A stretch of 64,000 nucleotides of DNA from Phycisphaeraceae bacterium. Lineage in GTDB: Bacteria > Planctomycetota > Phycisphaerae > Phycisphaerales > Phycisphaeraceae. Positions 1 through 8,791 of this stretch are shown here, piece by piece. Position 1 is the first letter of the stretch. Every line of letters begins with the position of its first letter. The position numbers and the translations under genes were made by a program. The notes below the pieces were generated by a model, which was given only the letters and a program-made list of their open reading frames with translations, made no database searches and was not told the origin of the DNA. Where the stretch lies: the NCBI GenBank assembly GCA_963674705.1, contig OY771506.1, forward strand, positions 5,184,001 through 5,248,000, written 5' to 3'.

Positions 1-97
1 GTTACACATAACACAATCGAGCTTCAAACATGTATCAATGTTTCTCGAAACGGTTTCGCCCTCTACTTACTTGGTGTAGACCCACTTATGAGGGATC

Positions 98-179
98 GGG
101 TGCCACATCTTGATCGCGCAGCGACAAGGTGTGCTGGTACTTGCACACGTTGCTCCTGCGGAGTCAAAGTGTGGCACCC
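98..179. repeat. Palindromic REPIN-like element, family F (GGGTGCCACA..TGA ... TCAAAGTGTGGCACCC)
   Basis: Ends are near-perfect inverted repeats; homologous copy at 34095-34175. Confidence 0.75.
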
Positions 180-380
180 ATCATACTATTCGCTTCCAGT
201 AACAATGTTTCATCTCTTGCCGTGCAAAACCTGCATGACGTAATGCGATCACGCGTGTCCGCAACGCAAAGATAACCTTCAAAACAAGGGAAATGCCACT
301 ACGTTTTCGCTGGTGCTGTTTATTCAGATCGATTAATATCTGCGTTGGTTTCTTTACGTATTCATGTCCAGGAGCTTACG

Positions 381-1892
381 TTGTCTACGACATCGACACC
401 GGCCGCGGATCAATCGCGTGTTCCCCTTTTTCAAAAAATCGCCTTCGGCATAGGCATGCTCGGTAACCAGATGTTCCCCGCCGCGCTGGGCATCTTCATG
501 GTCGTGCTCGTTCAAAGCCTGGGCATGAACACGGTGCTATGGGGCATCCTCTTTTTCCTGCCCCGCCTATCGGATGCGCTGACCGACCCGGTGATGGGCT
601 ACATCTCGGACAACACCAAGTCACGCTGGGGGAGACGCCGGCCGTACATCTTCATCGGCGCGATCATCGCAGGTCTGTCCTACATCTTCATGTGGCAACT
701 AAATCCTGATCCCGAAGTCAGCGAATGGTTCATCTCCCTAATGGAGAAGTTGAATCTCAAAGACAGCGATTTGTACCCGATGTATTACAACTTCACCTAC
801 TTCCTGTTGCTTTCTTTCGTCTTCTATCTCGGCCTCACCATCTTCGCCACGCCTTACGTCGCGATGGGATACGAGATGAGCGACGACTTCCACGAACGCA
901 CGCGCCTTATGGCCGTCGCTCAGTGGATCGGCCAATGGGCCTGGGTCATCGTCCCCTGGTTCTGGGTCATCCTCTATGACCAGCGCATCTACCCCGACGC
1001 GGTCGCGGGGGCTCGCAACCTCGCGATCTGGGTCGGCCTCGGCTGCATGATCATGGCGATGATGCCCGCCCTGTTCTGCAAGACCCAGCCCGTTGACCCG
1101 AGCACACAGGAAGAGCTTTCGCTGCGTAAAGCGGGCGACAGCTTGGCGAGCCTGTTCAAAGGCTTCGGCGCGACCTTCCGATGCATGCCGTTTGTTCGGT
1201 TATGCCTCGCGACGTTCTTCGTGTTCAACGCTTTCAACACCGTCGCCGGCTTCTCCTTCTTCATCATCGTCCACTACATGTTCCACGGCGTCACCGGGCC
1301 GGAGGGTTCGGACATGTGGCCTACCTGGTTCGGCTGCATCAGCGCACTCACGACCGCCTTCCTCGCCATCCCCATCGTTACCTACCTGTCAGGAAGGTTC
1401 GGCAAAAAAATCGCCTTCATCATCTCGCAGTCGCTGTCCGTCATCGGGTACATCAGCTTCTGGTGGTGCTTCAATCCGAACAATCCCTGGCTGCTGTTCC
1501 TGCCCCTGCCGCTGTTCTCCTTCGGCATCGGCAGCCTCTTCACACTGATGATGTCGATGACCGCCGACGTCTGCGACCTGGACGAACTGAACACCGGCGC
1601 ACGACGTGAGGGCGCGTTCGGGGCCGTCTACTGGTGGATGGTCAAGTTCGGCTTCGCCATCGCAGGCCTCGGCGGCGGGCTGATCATGAAGTGGGTCGGC
1701 TTCGACTCGGGTGCCGCCACGCAGACCCCCGAAGCTATGACCGGCATGCGACTGGCGTACATCATCCTACCGGCCCTGGGCACCCTCATCGCCATCATCA
1801 TCATGCTCGGTTACGACCTGACCGAACAACGCAGCCACGAAATCCGCGAACAGATCGCCGAGCGAAAGAAGGCCGGTGCTGTCGAAGCTTAA
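381..1892 (+). CDS. MFS transporter, glycoside-pentoside-hexuronide (MelB/MFS_2) family
   Basis: DALTDPVMGYISDNTKSRWGRRRPY motif, ~12 hydrophobic segments, D-x-D-ELNTGARREG motif; TTG at 381 follows AGGAG (ORF open from 345). Confidence 0.9.
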   Translation: MSTTSTPAADQSRVPLFQKIAFGIGMLGNQMFPAALGIFMVVLVQSLGMNTVLWGILFFLPRLSDALTDPVMGYISDNTKSRWGRRRPYIFIGAIIAGLSYIFMWQLNPDPEVSEWFISLMEKLNLKDSDLYPMYYNFTYFLLLSFVFYLGLTIFATPYVAMGYEMSDDFHERTRLMAVAQWIGQWAWVIVPWFWVILYDQRIYPDAVAGARNLAIWVGLGCMIMAMMPALFCKTQPVDPSTQEELSLRKAGDSLASLFKGFGATFRCMPFVRLCLATFFVFNAFNTVAGFSFFIIVHYMFHGVTGPEGSDMWPTWFGCISALTTAFLAIPIVTYLSGRFGKKIAFIISQSLSVIGYISFWWCFNPNNPWLLFLPLPLFSFGIGSLFTLMMSMTADVCDLDELNTGARREGAFGAVYWWMVKFGFAIAGLGGGLIMKWVGFDSGAATQTPEAMTGMRLAYIILPALGTLIAIIIMLGYDLTEQRSHEIREQIAERKKAGAVEA

Positions 1893-1957
1893 ACGCTTAA
1901 TAACAGCAAAGACGTGATTAGAAAGTAGCCCACGCGAGTGTGTGGGTTTCAATCCTG

Positions 1958-2335
1958 TTAATCATGGTCGGATAGTTGAATATCACTGCCCACACGCTGC
2001 GACACCTCATCGAACTTCGCACGCACCGCATCCGAAAGATCGATCCCCAATCGATGCGACAAGAGGTCGGCATAGATCACCACGTCCGCGATCTCCTTGC
2101 CGATCTCTTCAAGGTCAATCTCATCGGTCCCTCGCTGAAGCTTCTTGGTCAGGTTGCACACCCCGCCTGTCTTCGCGATTAAAGGCAAGAGCACCTCAAC
2201 CAACTCCCCCGCCTCCCCCGCCATCGCATTCGACCAGTCCGCCGGCGACCAGTTACGACAACTGCCAAACGACTGCTCGCACCGCTTCACATTCGCTTCA
2301 CGCAACGTTCTCAGGTTCAAACCATTATCTTTCAT
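1958..2335 (-). CDS. MazG-like nucleotide pyrophosphohydrolase
   Basis: AGEAGEL and KEIADVVIY acidic helices, GIDL...KF tail; GAGGA RBS. Confidence 0.8.
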   Translation of the reverse strand: MKDNGLNLRTLREANVKRCEQSFGSCRNWSPADWSNAMAGEAGELVEVLLPLIAKTGGVCNLTKKLQRGTDEIDLEEIGKEIADVVIYADLLSHRLGIDLSDAVRAKFDEVSQRVGSDIQLSDHD

Positions 2336-2388
2336 AGCATCCTCGTCTAAGCTAAATATCTGCTTTCAGTCTACCACAACAATCGCGC

Positions 2389-2423
2389 AAAAAAGAAGCC
2401 CACGTTGTATCAACGTGGGCTCC
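2389..2423 (-). terminator. Intrinsic terminator after pckG, formed by a REP-like hairpin
   Basis: Minus strand GGAGCCCACGTTGATACAACGTGGGCTTCTTTTTT; nearly identical to 23412-23446. Confidence 0.75.
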
Positions 2424-2450
2424 GGTTTGGTTGTAATGTGGGAAACGAGT

Positions 2451-4268
2451 TTACGCCTTGAGACGCGCTTCCAATGCATCCAGCTCATCAGCGAGCGCCT
2501 TGGGCAACTTGCTGCCGAACTTCGCGTAGTGTTCACGCATCGCGGGGATCACGTCGAGCCATTCCTTGTTGTCGACGGCCAGCAACTGCTTGAGGTCTTC
2601 ATCATCGATGTCCAGACCGTCGAGGTCCAGGCTGTCGGGTGTGGGCAGGTTGCCGATCGGTGTTTTGACGACTTCGCCCTTGCCGTCGACGCGGTCGCAG
2701 ACCCACTTGAGGACGCGGCTGTTGTCTCCGAAGCCGGGCCAGAGCCACTTGCCTTCGGGGCTCTTGCGGAACCAGTTCACGTAGAAGACCTTCGGCATCT
2801 TGGCGCCGTCTTTCTTCGCCATGTTCAGCCAGTGCTGCCAGTAGTCGCCCATGTTGTAGCCACAGAACGGCAGCATCGCCATCGGGTCGAAACGCAGTTG
2901 GCCTAATCCACCGGCGGCGGCGGCGGTCTTCTCACTGGCCATCACCGAGCCGAGGAACGTGCCGTGCGTCCAACTGAACGCTTCCATCGCCAGCGGCTGC
3001 GTGCTCGCACGTCGGCCGCCGAACAGGATCGCGTCGATCGGCACGCCGGCCGGGTCTTCCCAGTTCGGCGCGATGACCGGGCACTGATCCGCACGCGCTG
3101 TAAAGCGGGCGTTGGGGTGCGCGGCCTTGACATCCGTGCCGGGCTTCCAGTCGTTGCCGTGCCAGTCAACAAGATGATCGGGCGTCGGGCCGTCGATCTC
3201 TTCCCACCAGACATCGCCGTCGTCGGTCTTGGCGACGTTGGTGAAGATGGCGTTTTCCTTCAGCGATTCCATCGCGTTGGGGTTCGAGGCGTAGTTGGTG
3301 CCCGGCGCGACGCCGAAGAAACCGGCTTCGGGGTTGATCGCGTAGAGCTTGCCGTCCTTGCCGAACTTCATCCAGGCGATGTCGTCGCCGACGGTCTCGA
3401 CCTTCCAGCCGTCCAGCGTCGGGTTCATCATGGCCAGGTTCGTCTTGCCGCAGGCACTCGGGAACGCGGCGGCGATGTACTTGACCTTGCCTTCGGGGCT
3501 CGTGAGTTTGAGAATGAGCATGTGCTCAGCCATCCAGCCCTGCTCCTTGGCCATGATCGAAGCGATACGCAGCGCGAAGCACTTCTTGCCGAGCAGCGCG
3601 TTGCCGCCGTAGCCCGAGCCGAAGCTCCAGATTTCCTTGGTTTCCGGGAAGTGCGTGATGTACTTGTTGTCCGCGTTGCACGGCCAGGGCACATCCTTCT
3701 GTCCGGGCTCAAGCGGCGAACCGACGGTATGCACGCAAGGCACGAACACGCCGGCATCACCCAACACATCCAGAACACTCTGTCCCACGCGCGTCATGAT
3801 GTGCATGTTCGCGACGACGTACGCGCTATCCGTCAGTTCCACACCGATGTGAGCGATCGGCGAGCCGACCGGGCCCATCGAGTAAGGGATGACATACATC
3901 GTCCGGCCCTTCATGCAGCCGTCGAACAGCGGCATGAGGATCGACTTCATCTCGTCCGGCGCTTTCCAGTTGTTCGTCGGGCCGGCGTCTTCTTCCTTCT
4001 CGCAGCAGATGAACGTGCGGTCTTCGACGCGCGCCACGTCCGCCGGGTCGGAGCGGATCAATACGCTGTTGGGCTTCTTGTCTTGAGACAGCCATTCAGC
4101 GGTCCCCCCTTCGACCATCAGGTCGAGCATCGCCTGGTATTCTTCCGTCGAGCCGTCGCACCAATACACCTTATCCGGCTTGGTAAGCTGGGCGATCTGG
4201 TCGACCCAGTCAATGAGTTTCTTATGGCTTGTGTTCACCACGCCCGCAGCCTGATTGGCCTGTGTCAC
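2451..4268 (-). CDS. pckG: Phosphoenolpyruvate carboxykinase (GTP)
   Basis: [57 protein letters not shown]; 605 aa. Confidence 0.97.
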   Translation of the reverse strand: MTQANQAAGVVNTSHKKLIDWVDQIAQLTKPDKVYWCDGSTEEYQAMLDLMVEGGTAEWLSQDKKPNSVLIRSDPADVARVEDRTFICCEKEEDAGPTNNWKAPDEMKSILMPLFDGCMKGRTMYVIPYSMGPVGSPIAHIGVELTDSAYVVANMHIMTRVGQSVLDVLGDAGVFVPCVHTVGSPLEPGQKDVPWPCNADNKYITHFPETKEIWSFGSGYGGNALLGKKCFALRIASIMAKEQGWMAEHMLILKLTSPEGKVKYIAAAFPSACGKTNLAMMNPTLDGWKVETVGDDIAWMKFGKDGKLYAINPEAGFFGVAPGTNYASNPNAMESLKENAIFTNVAKTDDGDVWWEEIDGPTPDHLVDWHGNDWKPGTDVKAAHPNARFTARADQCPVIAPNWEDPAGVPIDAILFGGRRASTQPLAMEAFSWTHGTFLGSVMASEKTAAAAGGLGQLRFDPMAMLPFCGYNMGDYWQHWLNMAKKDGAKMPKVFYVNWFRKSPEGKWLWPGFGDNSRVLKWVCDRVDGKGEVVKTPIGNLPTPDSLDLDGLDIDDEDLKQLLAVDNKEWLDVIPAMREHYAKFGSKLPKALADELDALEARLKA

Positions 4269-4469
4269 GGTAGTCTCCTAATCATCAGGGGGTTACGCTT
4301 TCCAACCCGTGCCCGCAACAACCACGCGAGGCACGCGTACAGCAAGGTCGGCGGTAGTATAGCGAATAACCGCTCAGCGTTCCGACAATACTATCTTATT
4401 GCCTCAATTCCTTGCACTCTCTTGATCTACGCTAGACTATAAACTTAAACGTTATATCGGTTAGCAAAC

Positions 4470-4811
4470 ATGCCTAATAAACTTTGGAAAATTATAGGGC
4501 CCACTGATCGCTTCGAGCCCGGCTCGCACACATGTCTGACCATTGGATACGAACCGGTCGTCCTGGTCAACAATGACGGCTCCTTTTTCGCCTTCGAAAA
4601 CCGCTGCCCTCACGCCGGCAGGCCCCTCGATCAGGGCGAACGCACCGGCCTGATCCTCACCTGCCCCTTCCACGGCTGGACCTACAACATCAAGACAGGC
4701 AAAAACATAGATGATCCCTATGATGAGCAGACCCTGAAAACCTACCCCGTCCGGATCGAGGACGGACAGGTACAGATCCAGACCAATCAAGACCCCGGAA
4801 ACCCAGAGTAA
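4470..4811 (+). CDS. Rieske [2Fe-2S] ferredoxin
   Basis: CPH...CPFHGW ligand motifs. Confidence 0.9.
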   Translation: MPNKLWKIIGPTDRFEPGSHTCLTIGYEPVVLVNNDGSFFAFENRCPHAGRPLDQGERTGLILTCPFHGWTYNIKTGKNIDDPYDEQTLKTYPVRIEDGQVQIQTNQDPGNPE

Positions 4812-4814
4812 CCC

Positions 4815-6194
4815 ATGAGTGACCACCCGATCCTGACCATACTCGAAAACGACCATGACGCCGCCGTCCAGCGGCTTTGCGATCTACTGAAAATCCCCAG
4901 CGTCAGCACCGACCCCGCCTATAAGCAGCACATCGACGCCGCCGCCAACTGGGTCGCCGACCACATCAAACAGTCCGGCCTCGACGCCGAGGTCTGCCAG
5001 ACCGCCGGCCACCCCGTCGTCCTCGCCAAGACCACCGATGACGATGTCGAAAACCCCAATGCCAAACGCATCCTGTTCTACGGCCACTACGATGTACAGC
5101 CCCCGGACCCGCTCGACAAATGGACCACCGGCCCGTTCGAGCCCACTATCCGTGATGGCAAGCTCTACGCCCGCGGTTCCTCGGATGACAAGGGCCAGGT
5201 CGCCTGCTTCCTCGAAGCGCTGCGCGCATACAAAAAAGCCGGTCGCAAACTCCCCTGCCACGTCACCGTCATGATCGAAGGCGAAGAAGAATGCGGCAGC
5301 GTCGGACTGCCCGGCTTCCTCAAGGAATACCACGACCAGCTCAAGGCGGATGTCGTCGTCGTAAGCGACACCACCATGTGGGACCCCGACACACCCGCCA
5401 TCACCTACGCCATGCGCGGCCTGGTCTACTTCGATATCAAACTGTACGGGCCCAACCGAGACCTGCACTCCGGCGTCTATGGCGGAACCCTCGCCAACCC
5501 CGCCACGCTCCTGCCTCGCACACTCGCCAAACTCTTCGGCGACGATAACCGCATCACCATCCCCGGCTTCTACGACGACGTGGCCCCGCTCGATCCGGTC
5601 GAAACCAAACGCTGGGCGGACCTCGGCTTCAAGGATGAGCTGTTCCTCAACCCCATCGGCGCAACGCCCTTCGGCGAAGCGGGTTTCACAACACTCGAAC
5701 GGCGCTGGGCTCGACCGAGTTGCGATGTCAACGGCATCTATGGCGGATACATGGGCGAAGGCGCTAAGACGGTTATCCCAAGTTTCGCTGGTGCTAAAGT
5801 CAGCTTCCGCATCCCCGCGAACATGGATCCGAAGAAGGTCGCCAAGCAGTTTATCGACTGGCTCAAGTCGCAGGACGTCGCCGGCTGCCGATGGAAAATC
5901 GAACAGCACGGCGAAGCCTACCCCGTCGCCGTCTCGATCGATTCACCTTACATCGCCGCAGCAGGCCGCGCGATTGAAAACGCCAAGGGACGACCGCCCG
6001 TTCTCGTCCGCGATGGCGCAACCATCCCCATCATCGCCGAGTTCAAACAACAGCTAGGCCTCGACACCCTGCTCATCGGCTTCGGCCTCAACGACGACAG
6101 CATCCACTCCCCCGACGAATGCTTCGGCTTAGACCGCTTCGCACTGGGCTGCAAAACCCACGCGCTACTCTTAGAAGAAGTCGCAAAGTTGTAG
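4815..6194 (+). CDS. M20 family dipeptidase
   Basis: YGHYDVQP, ARGSSDDKG, EGEEECGS, DLHSG, IHSPDE. Confidence 0.92.
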   Translation: MSDHPILTILENDHDAAVQRLCDLLKIPSVSTDPAYKQHIDAAANWVADHIKQSGLDAEVCQTAGHPVVLAKTTDDDVENPNAKRILFYGHYDVQPPDPLDKWTTGPFEPTIRDGKLYARGSSDDKGQVACFLEALRAYKKAGRKLPCHVTVMIEGEEECGSVGLPGFLKEYHDQLKADVVVVSDTTMWDPDTPAITYAMRGLVYFDIKLYGPNRDLHSGVYGGTLANPATLLPRTLAKLFGDDNRITIPGFYDDVAPLDPVETKRWADLGFKDELFLNPIGATPFGEAGFTTLERRWARPSCDVNGIYGGYMGEGAKTVIPSFAGAKVSFRIPANMDPKKVAKQFIDWLKSQDVAGCRWKIEQHGEAYPVAVSIDSPYIAAAGRAIENAKGRPPVLVRDGATIPIIAEFKQQLGLDTLLIGFGLNDDSIHSPDECFGLDRFALGCKTHALLLEEVAKL

Positions 6195-6231
6195 CCAACG
6201 CCGGTCCTGAGCAAAGCGAAGGGCCGGGTAT
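6195..6231 (+). repeat. Dispersed hairpin repeat, family D (CCAACGCCGGYYCTGAGC-N3-GCGAAGGKCCGGG)
   Basis: Four copies in the same orientation: 6195, 8535, 13116, 19109. Confidence 0.85.
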
Positions 6232-6251
6232 CTTCTGAATGATTTGTTGTA

Positions 6252-6349
6252 TAGCCGCGACCATCGGTCGCGCCGCTTTGTCAGCGCTGCTTCAACAGCG
6301 CTGCTTTGCCATTCCCGCTCGTTCAGAGCGCGACCACTGGTCGCGGCTA
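6252..6349. repeat. REPIN-like inverted pair of TAGC-ended hairpins, family A
   Basis: TAGCCGCGACCATCGGTCGCG ... CGCGACCACTGGTCGCGGCTA; related pair at 17064-17136. Confidence 0.8.
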
Positions 6350-6536
6350 AACATTGAATCTACCCACAAGAAATCCCAAACCGGTATAACAACTCTCTTT
6401 ATCAACAATTAACCATAAGCATAACAACACTTTACCCGCAATACGTGCTACAATAGCCCAAATGGCTTAAACCACTCACCGCGGCCGCTGCTTGTCGGCC
6501 CGGGGCGTAAATCACTACATAAAAAGGTCTTACACC

Positions 6537-8426
6537 ATGGCCGTGATCACGATGCCCAACGTCACACTCTCGCGCTCCGCCGAGAACGTCCTCGCTGAGG
6601 CCAAGTCCGTCACTTTCGTCGGCAGCGTCGAAGAACTCGTCAAACTCGCCGTGCCCGAAGGCCAGACCGATCCGCGCGGCGTCTACACCGTCGGCTACGA
6701 CGTGCCCGGCAAAGGCTTCGTTGAAGAGATGAAAGTCAATCGCGTACGCAACGGCATCTGCGCCAACTACGTCGAAGCCTACATGCGACGGCGCGATCCC
6801 GACTGCATGGTCATCGCTGACGATCGACCGACCGGCAAGGCCAAGTGGGAGAGCCGCTTCCCCGATATGAAGTGGGAAGACGTCCGCCAGCAAACCTTCG
6901 ACTGGCTCAAGACACAGGACCTCGCCTGCTTCTTCTTCAATGTAGGCCTCGAAGGCAAAGGCACCTCCGCCGTCGCTATCTGCCCCGCCAACGCCGCTTC
7001 CTTCGCGCTGGGCCTGGCCATGCTCCAGGGCATCATCCCGCTTGAAGAAGTCGATGAAGACTTCTACCACGAAGCCATCGTCTACGTCGCGCCGCCCTTC
7101 CGTCATTCGCACTTCGGCGGCAAACAGGTCGTCGTGCACAACCGACGCGAACCGCTGCACGAACTGTTCAGCTACAACCTCTACCCCGGTCCGTCCGCCA
7201 AGAAGGGTATGTACGGCGTCCTTCTTACACGCGGCGAACAGGAAGGCTGGATCACCGCACACTGCTCCACCGTCCAGGTCATCACCCCTTACGACAACGT
7301 CTGCACCATCATGCACGAAGGCGCATCCGGCGGCGGCAAGAGCGAAATGCTCGAACAGATGCACCGCGAACCGGACGGCCGACTCCGGCTCGGTACCAAC
7401 ACCGTCAATGGCGACTCGCGCCACCTTACCATCCCGCGCGGCTGCGCTTTGCATCCGGTGACCGATGACATGGCGCTGTGCCATCCCGACTACCAGAAAC
7501 CCGAAGTCGGCAAACTCACGCTCTTTGACGCGGAAAACGCATGGTTCCTGCGCGTCAACCACATCACACGCTACGGCACGGACCCGCACCTCGAAGCGAT
7601 GACCATCTCGCCGCCGGACCCGTTGTTGTTCCTGAACATCGACGCCGCGCCGGACGCCACCGCGCTGATCTGGGACCACATCATGGATGATGAGAAAACC
7701 CCCTGCCCCAACCCGCGCGTCATCGTCCCGCGTAAGGATTATCCCAACATCGTCAGCAAGCCCGTCACCATTGATGTGCGAAGCTTCGGCGTGCGTACGC
7801 CACCATGCACGCGCGAGAAACCAAGCTACGGCATCCTCGGCATGCTCAACATCCTGCCCGCGCCGCTCGCCTGGCTCTGGCGACTCGTCGCGCCGCGCGG
7901 CCACGCCAATCCTTCGATCGTCGACACCGGCGGCATGACCAGTGAAGGCGTCGGCAGCTACTGGCCATTCGCAACAGGACGCGCCGTCGACCAGGCAAAC
8001 CTCCTGCTCGATCAGTTCATGAAGACCGGCGACACCCTCTTCGTCCTGCTGCCCAACCAGCACATCGGCTGCTGGGAAACCAGCTTCGCCCCGCAGTGGA
8101 TCGTCCGCGAATACCTCGCACGACGCGGCTCCGCCGTCTTCCCGCCCGACCGCATCAGCCCCACACGCTGCCCACTGCTCGGTTACGCGCCCAACAGCAT
8201 GCAGGTCGAAGGCAGCGAAATCAGCCAATGGTTCCTGCGTGTCGAAACCCAACCCGAAGTCGGCGAAGACGGCTACGACGCCGGCGCCAAGATCCTACAA
8301 AACTTCTTCACCGAACAACTCACGCCGTTCTTAAACAACCCCGACCTGCACAAGCACGGCAAACAAATCATCCAAGCCTGCCTCGACGGCGCAACCGCCG
8401 AACAATACGAGGCGCTGATTAAGTGA
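6537..8426 (+). CDS. DUF4914-like protein with PEPCK-superfamily motifs
   Basis: ~630 aa; YPGPSAKKG, TAHCS, HEGASGGGKSE, VTDDMA, PNPR; ATG 6537 after AAAGG. Confidence 0.8.
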   Translation: MAVITMPNVTLSRSAENVLAEAKSVTFVGSVEELVKLAVPEGQTDPRGVYTVGYDVPGKGFVEEMKVNRVRNGICANYVEAYMRRRDPDCMVIADDRPTGKAKWESRFPDMKWEDVRQQTFDWLKTQDLACFFFNVGLEGKGTSAVAICPANAASFALGLAMLQGIIPLEEVDEDFYHEAIVYVAPPFRHSHFGGKQVVVHNRREPLHELFSYNLYPGPSAKKGMYGVLLTRGEQEGWITAHCSTVQVITPYDNVCTIMHEGASGGGKSEMLEQMHREPDGRLRLGTNTVNGDSRHLTIPRGCALHPVTDDMALCHPDYQKPEVGKLTLFDAENAWFLRVNHITRYGTDPHLEAMTISPPDPLLFLNIDAAPDATALIWDHIMDDEKTPCPNPRVIVPRKDYPNIVSKPVTIDVRSFGVRTPPCTREKPSYGILGMLNILPAPLAWLWRLVAPRGHANPSIVDTGGMTSEGVGSYWPFATGRAVDQANLLLDQFMKTGDTLFVLLPNQHIGCWETSFAPQWIVREYLARRGSAVFPPDRISPTRCPLLGYAPNSMQVEGSEISQWFLRVETQPEVGEDGYDAGAKILQNFFTEQLTPFLNNPDLHKHGKQIIQACLDGATAEQYEALIK

Positions 8427-8430
8427 TTGA

Positions 8431-8478
8431 GTGTAGGGTGTAGGGTGTAGGGTGTAGGGTGTAGGGTGTAGGGTGTAG
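8431..8478 (+). repeat. Heptamer tandem repeat (GTGTAGG)x6 plus one partial copy
   Basis: Read directly, just after the DUF4914-like stop codon. Confidence 0.95.
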
Positions 8479-8534
8479 AAATTGTATTGCTAATAGCTAA
8501 AGGCTATTGGCAAATGGCTAATGGCTTCTGAACC

Positions 8535-8571
8535 CCAACGCCGGTCCTGAGCGCAGCGAAGGTCCGGGTAT
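8535..8571 (+). repeat. Family D hairpin repeat, copy 2
   Basis: CCAACGCCGGTCCTGAGCGCAGCGAAGGTCCGGGTAT. Confidence 0.85.
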
Positions 8572-8586
8572 ATTCAAAACTCTTAC

Positions 8587-8744
8587 CCCCTCTCCCCGCG
8601 GGAGACTTCCGGGGGGGGCTGGGGTGAGGGCCGTAGCGTATTAACTGCTCAGTGTTATAAGCACGACAAAAAGTGATTAATCGAACTACAACAACCCATC
8701 TTCATACACAATCCATCCGCCCGCATTGCGTCGCAATGCGGCTA
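8587..8744. repeat. Chimeric paired-hairpin element (family B left arm, family A right arm)
   Basis: CCCCTCTCCCCGCGGGAGA...GGGGTGAGGGCCG, spacer ending CATACACAATCCATCCG, then CCCGCATTGCGTCGCAATGCGGCTA. Confidence 0.7.
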
Positions 8745-8791
8745 GGAAAGAAAAACAATCAACATACCCCCACTAATCACTAACCACCCAC

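Noticed and set aside
46..58. CGAAAC-G-GTTTCG palindrome as a LacI-type operator for the MFS gene
   Set aside because: Single short site more than 300 bp upstream with no regulator in view; not supportable
2964..4442. 492-aa plus-strand ORF
   Set aside because: Antisense shadow of pckG, expected from high-GC codon bias; no recognisable motifs
4884..5909. 341-aa minus-strand ORF
   Set aside because: Antisense shadow of the M20 peptidase gene
6432..8252. 606-aa minus-strand ORF
   Set aside because: Antisense shadow of the DUF4914-like gene
8431..8571. Possible CRISPR array
   Set aside because: The heptamer units have no spacers, the hairpin repeats are dispersed, and there are no cas genes
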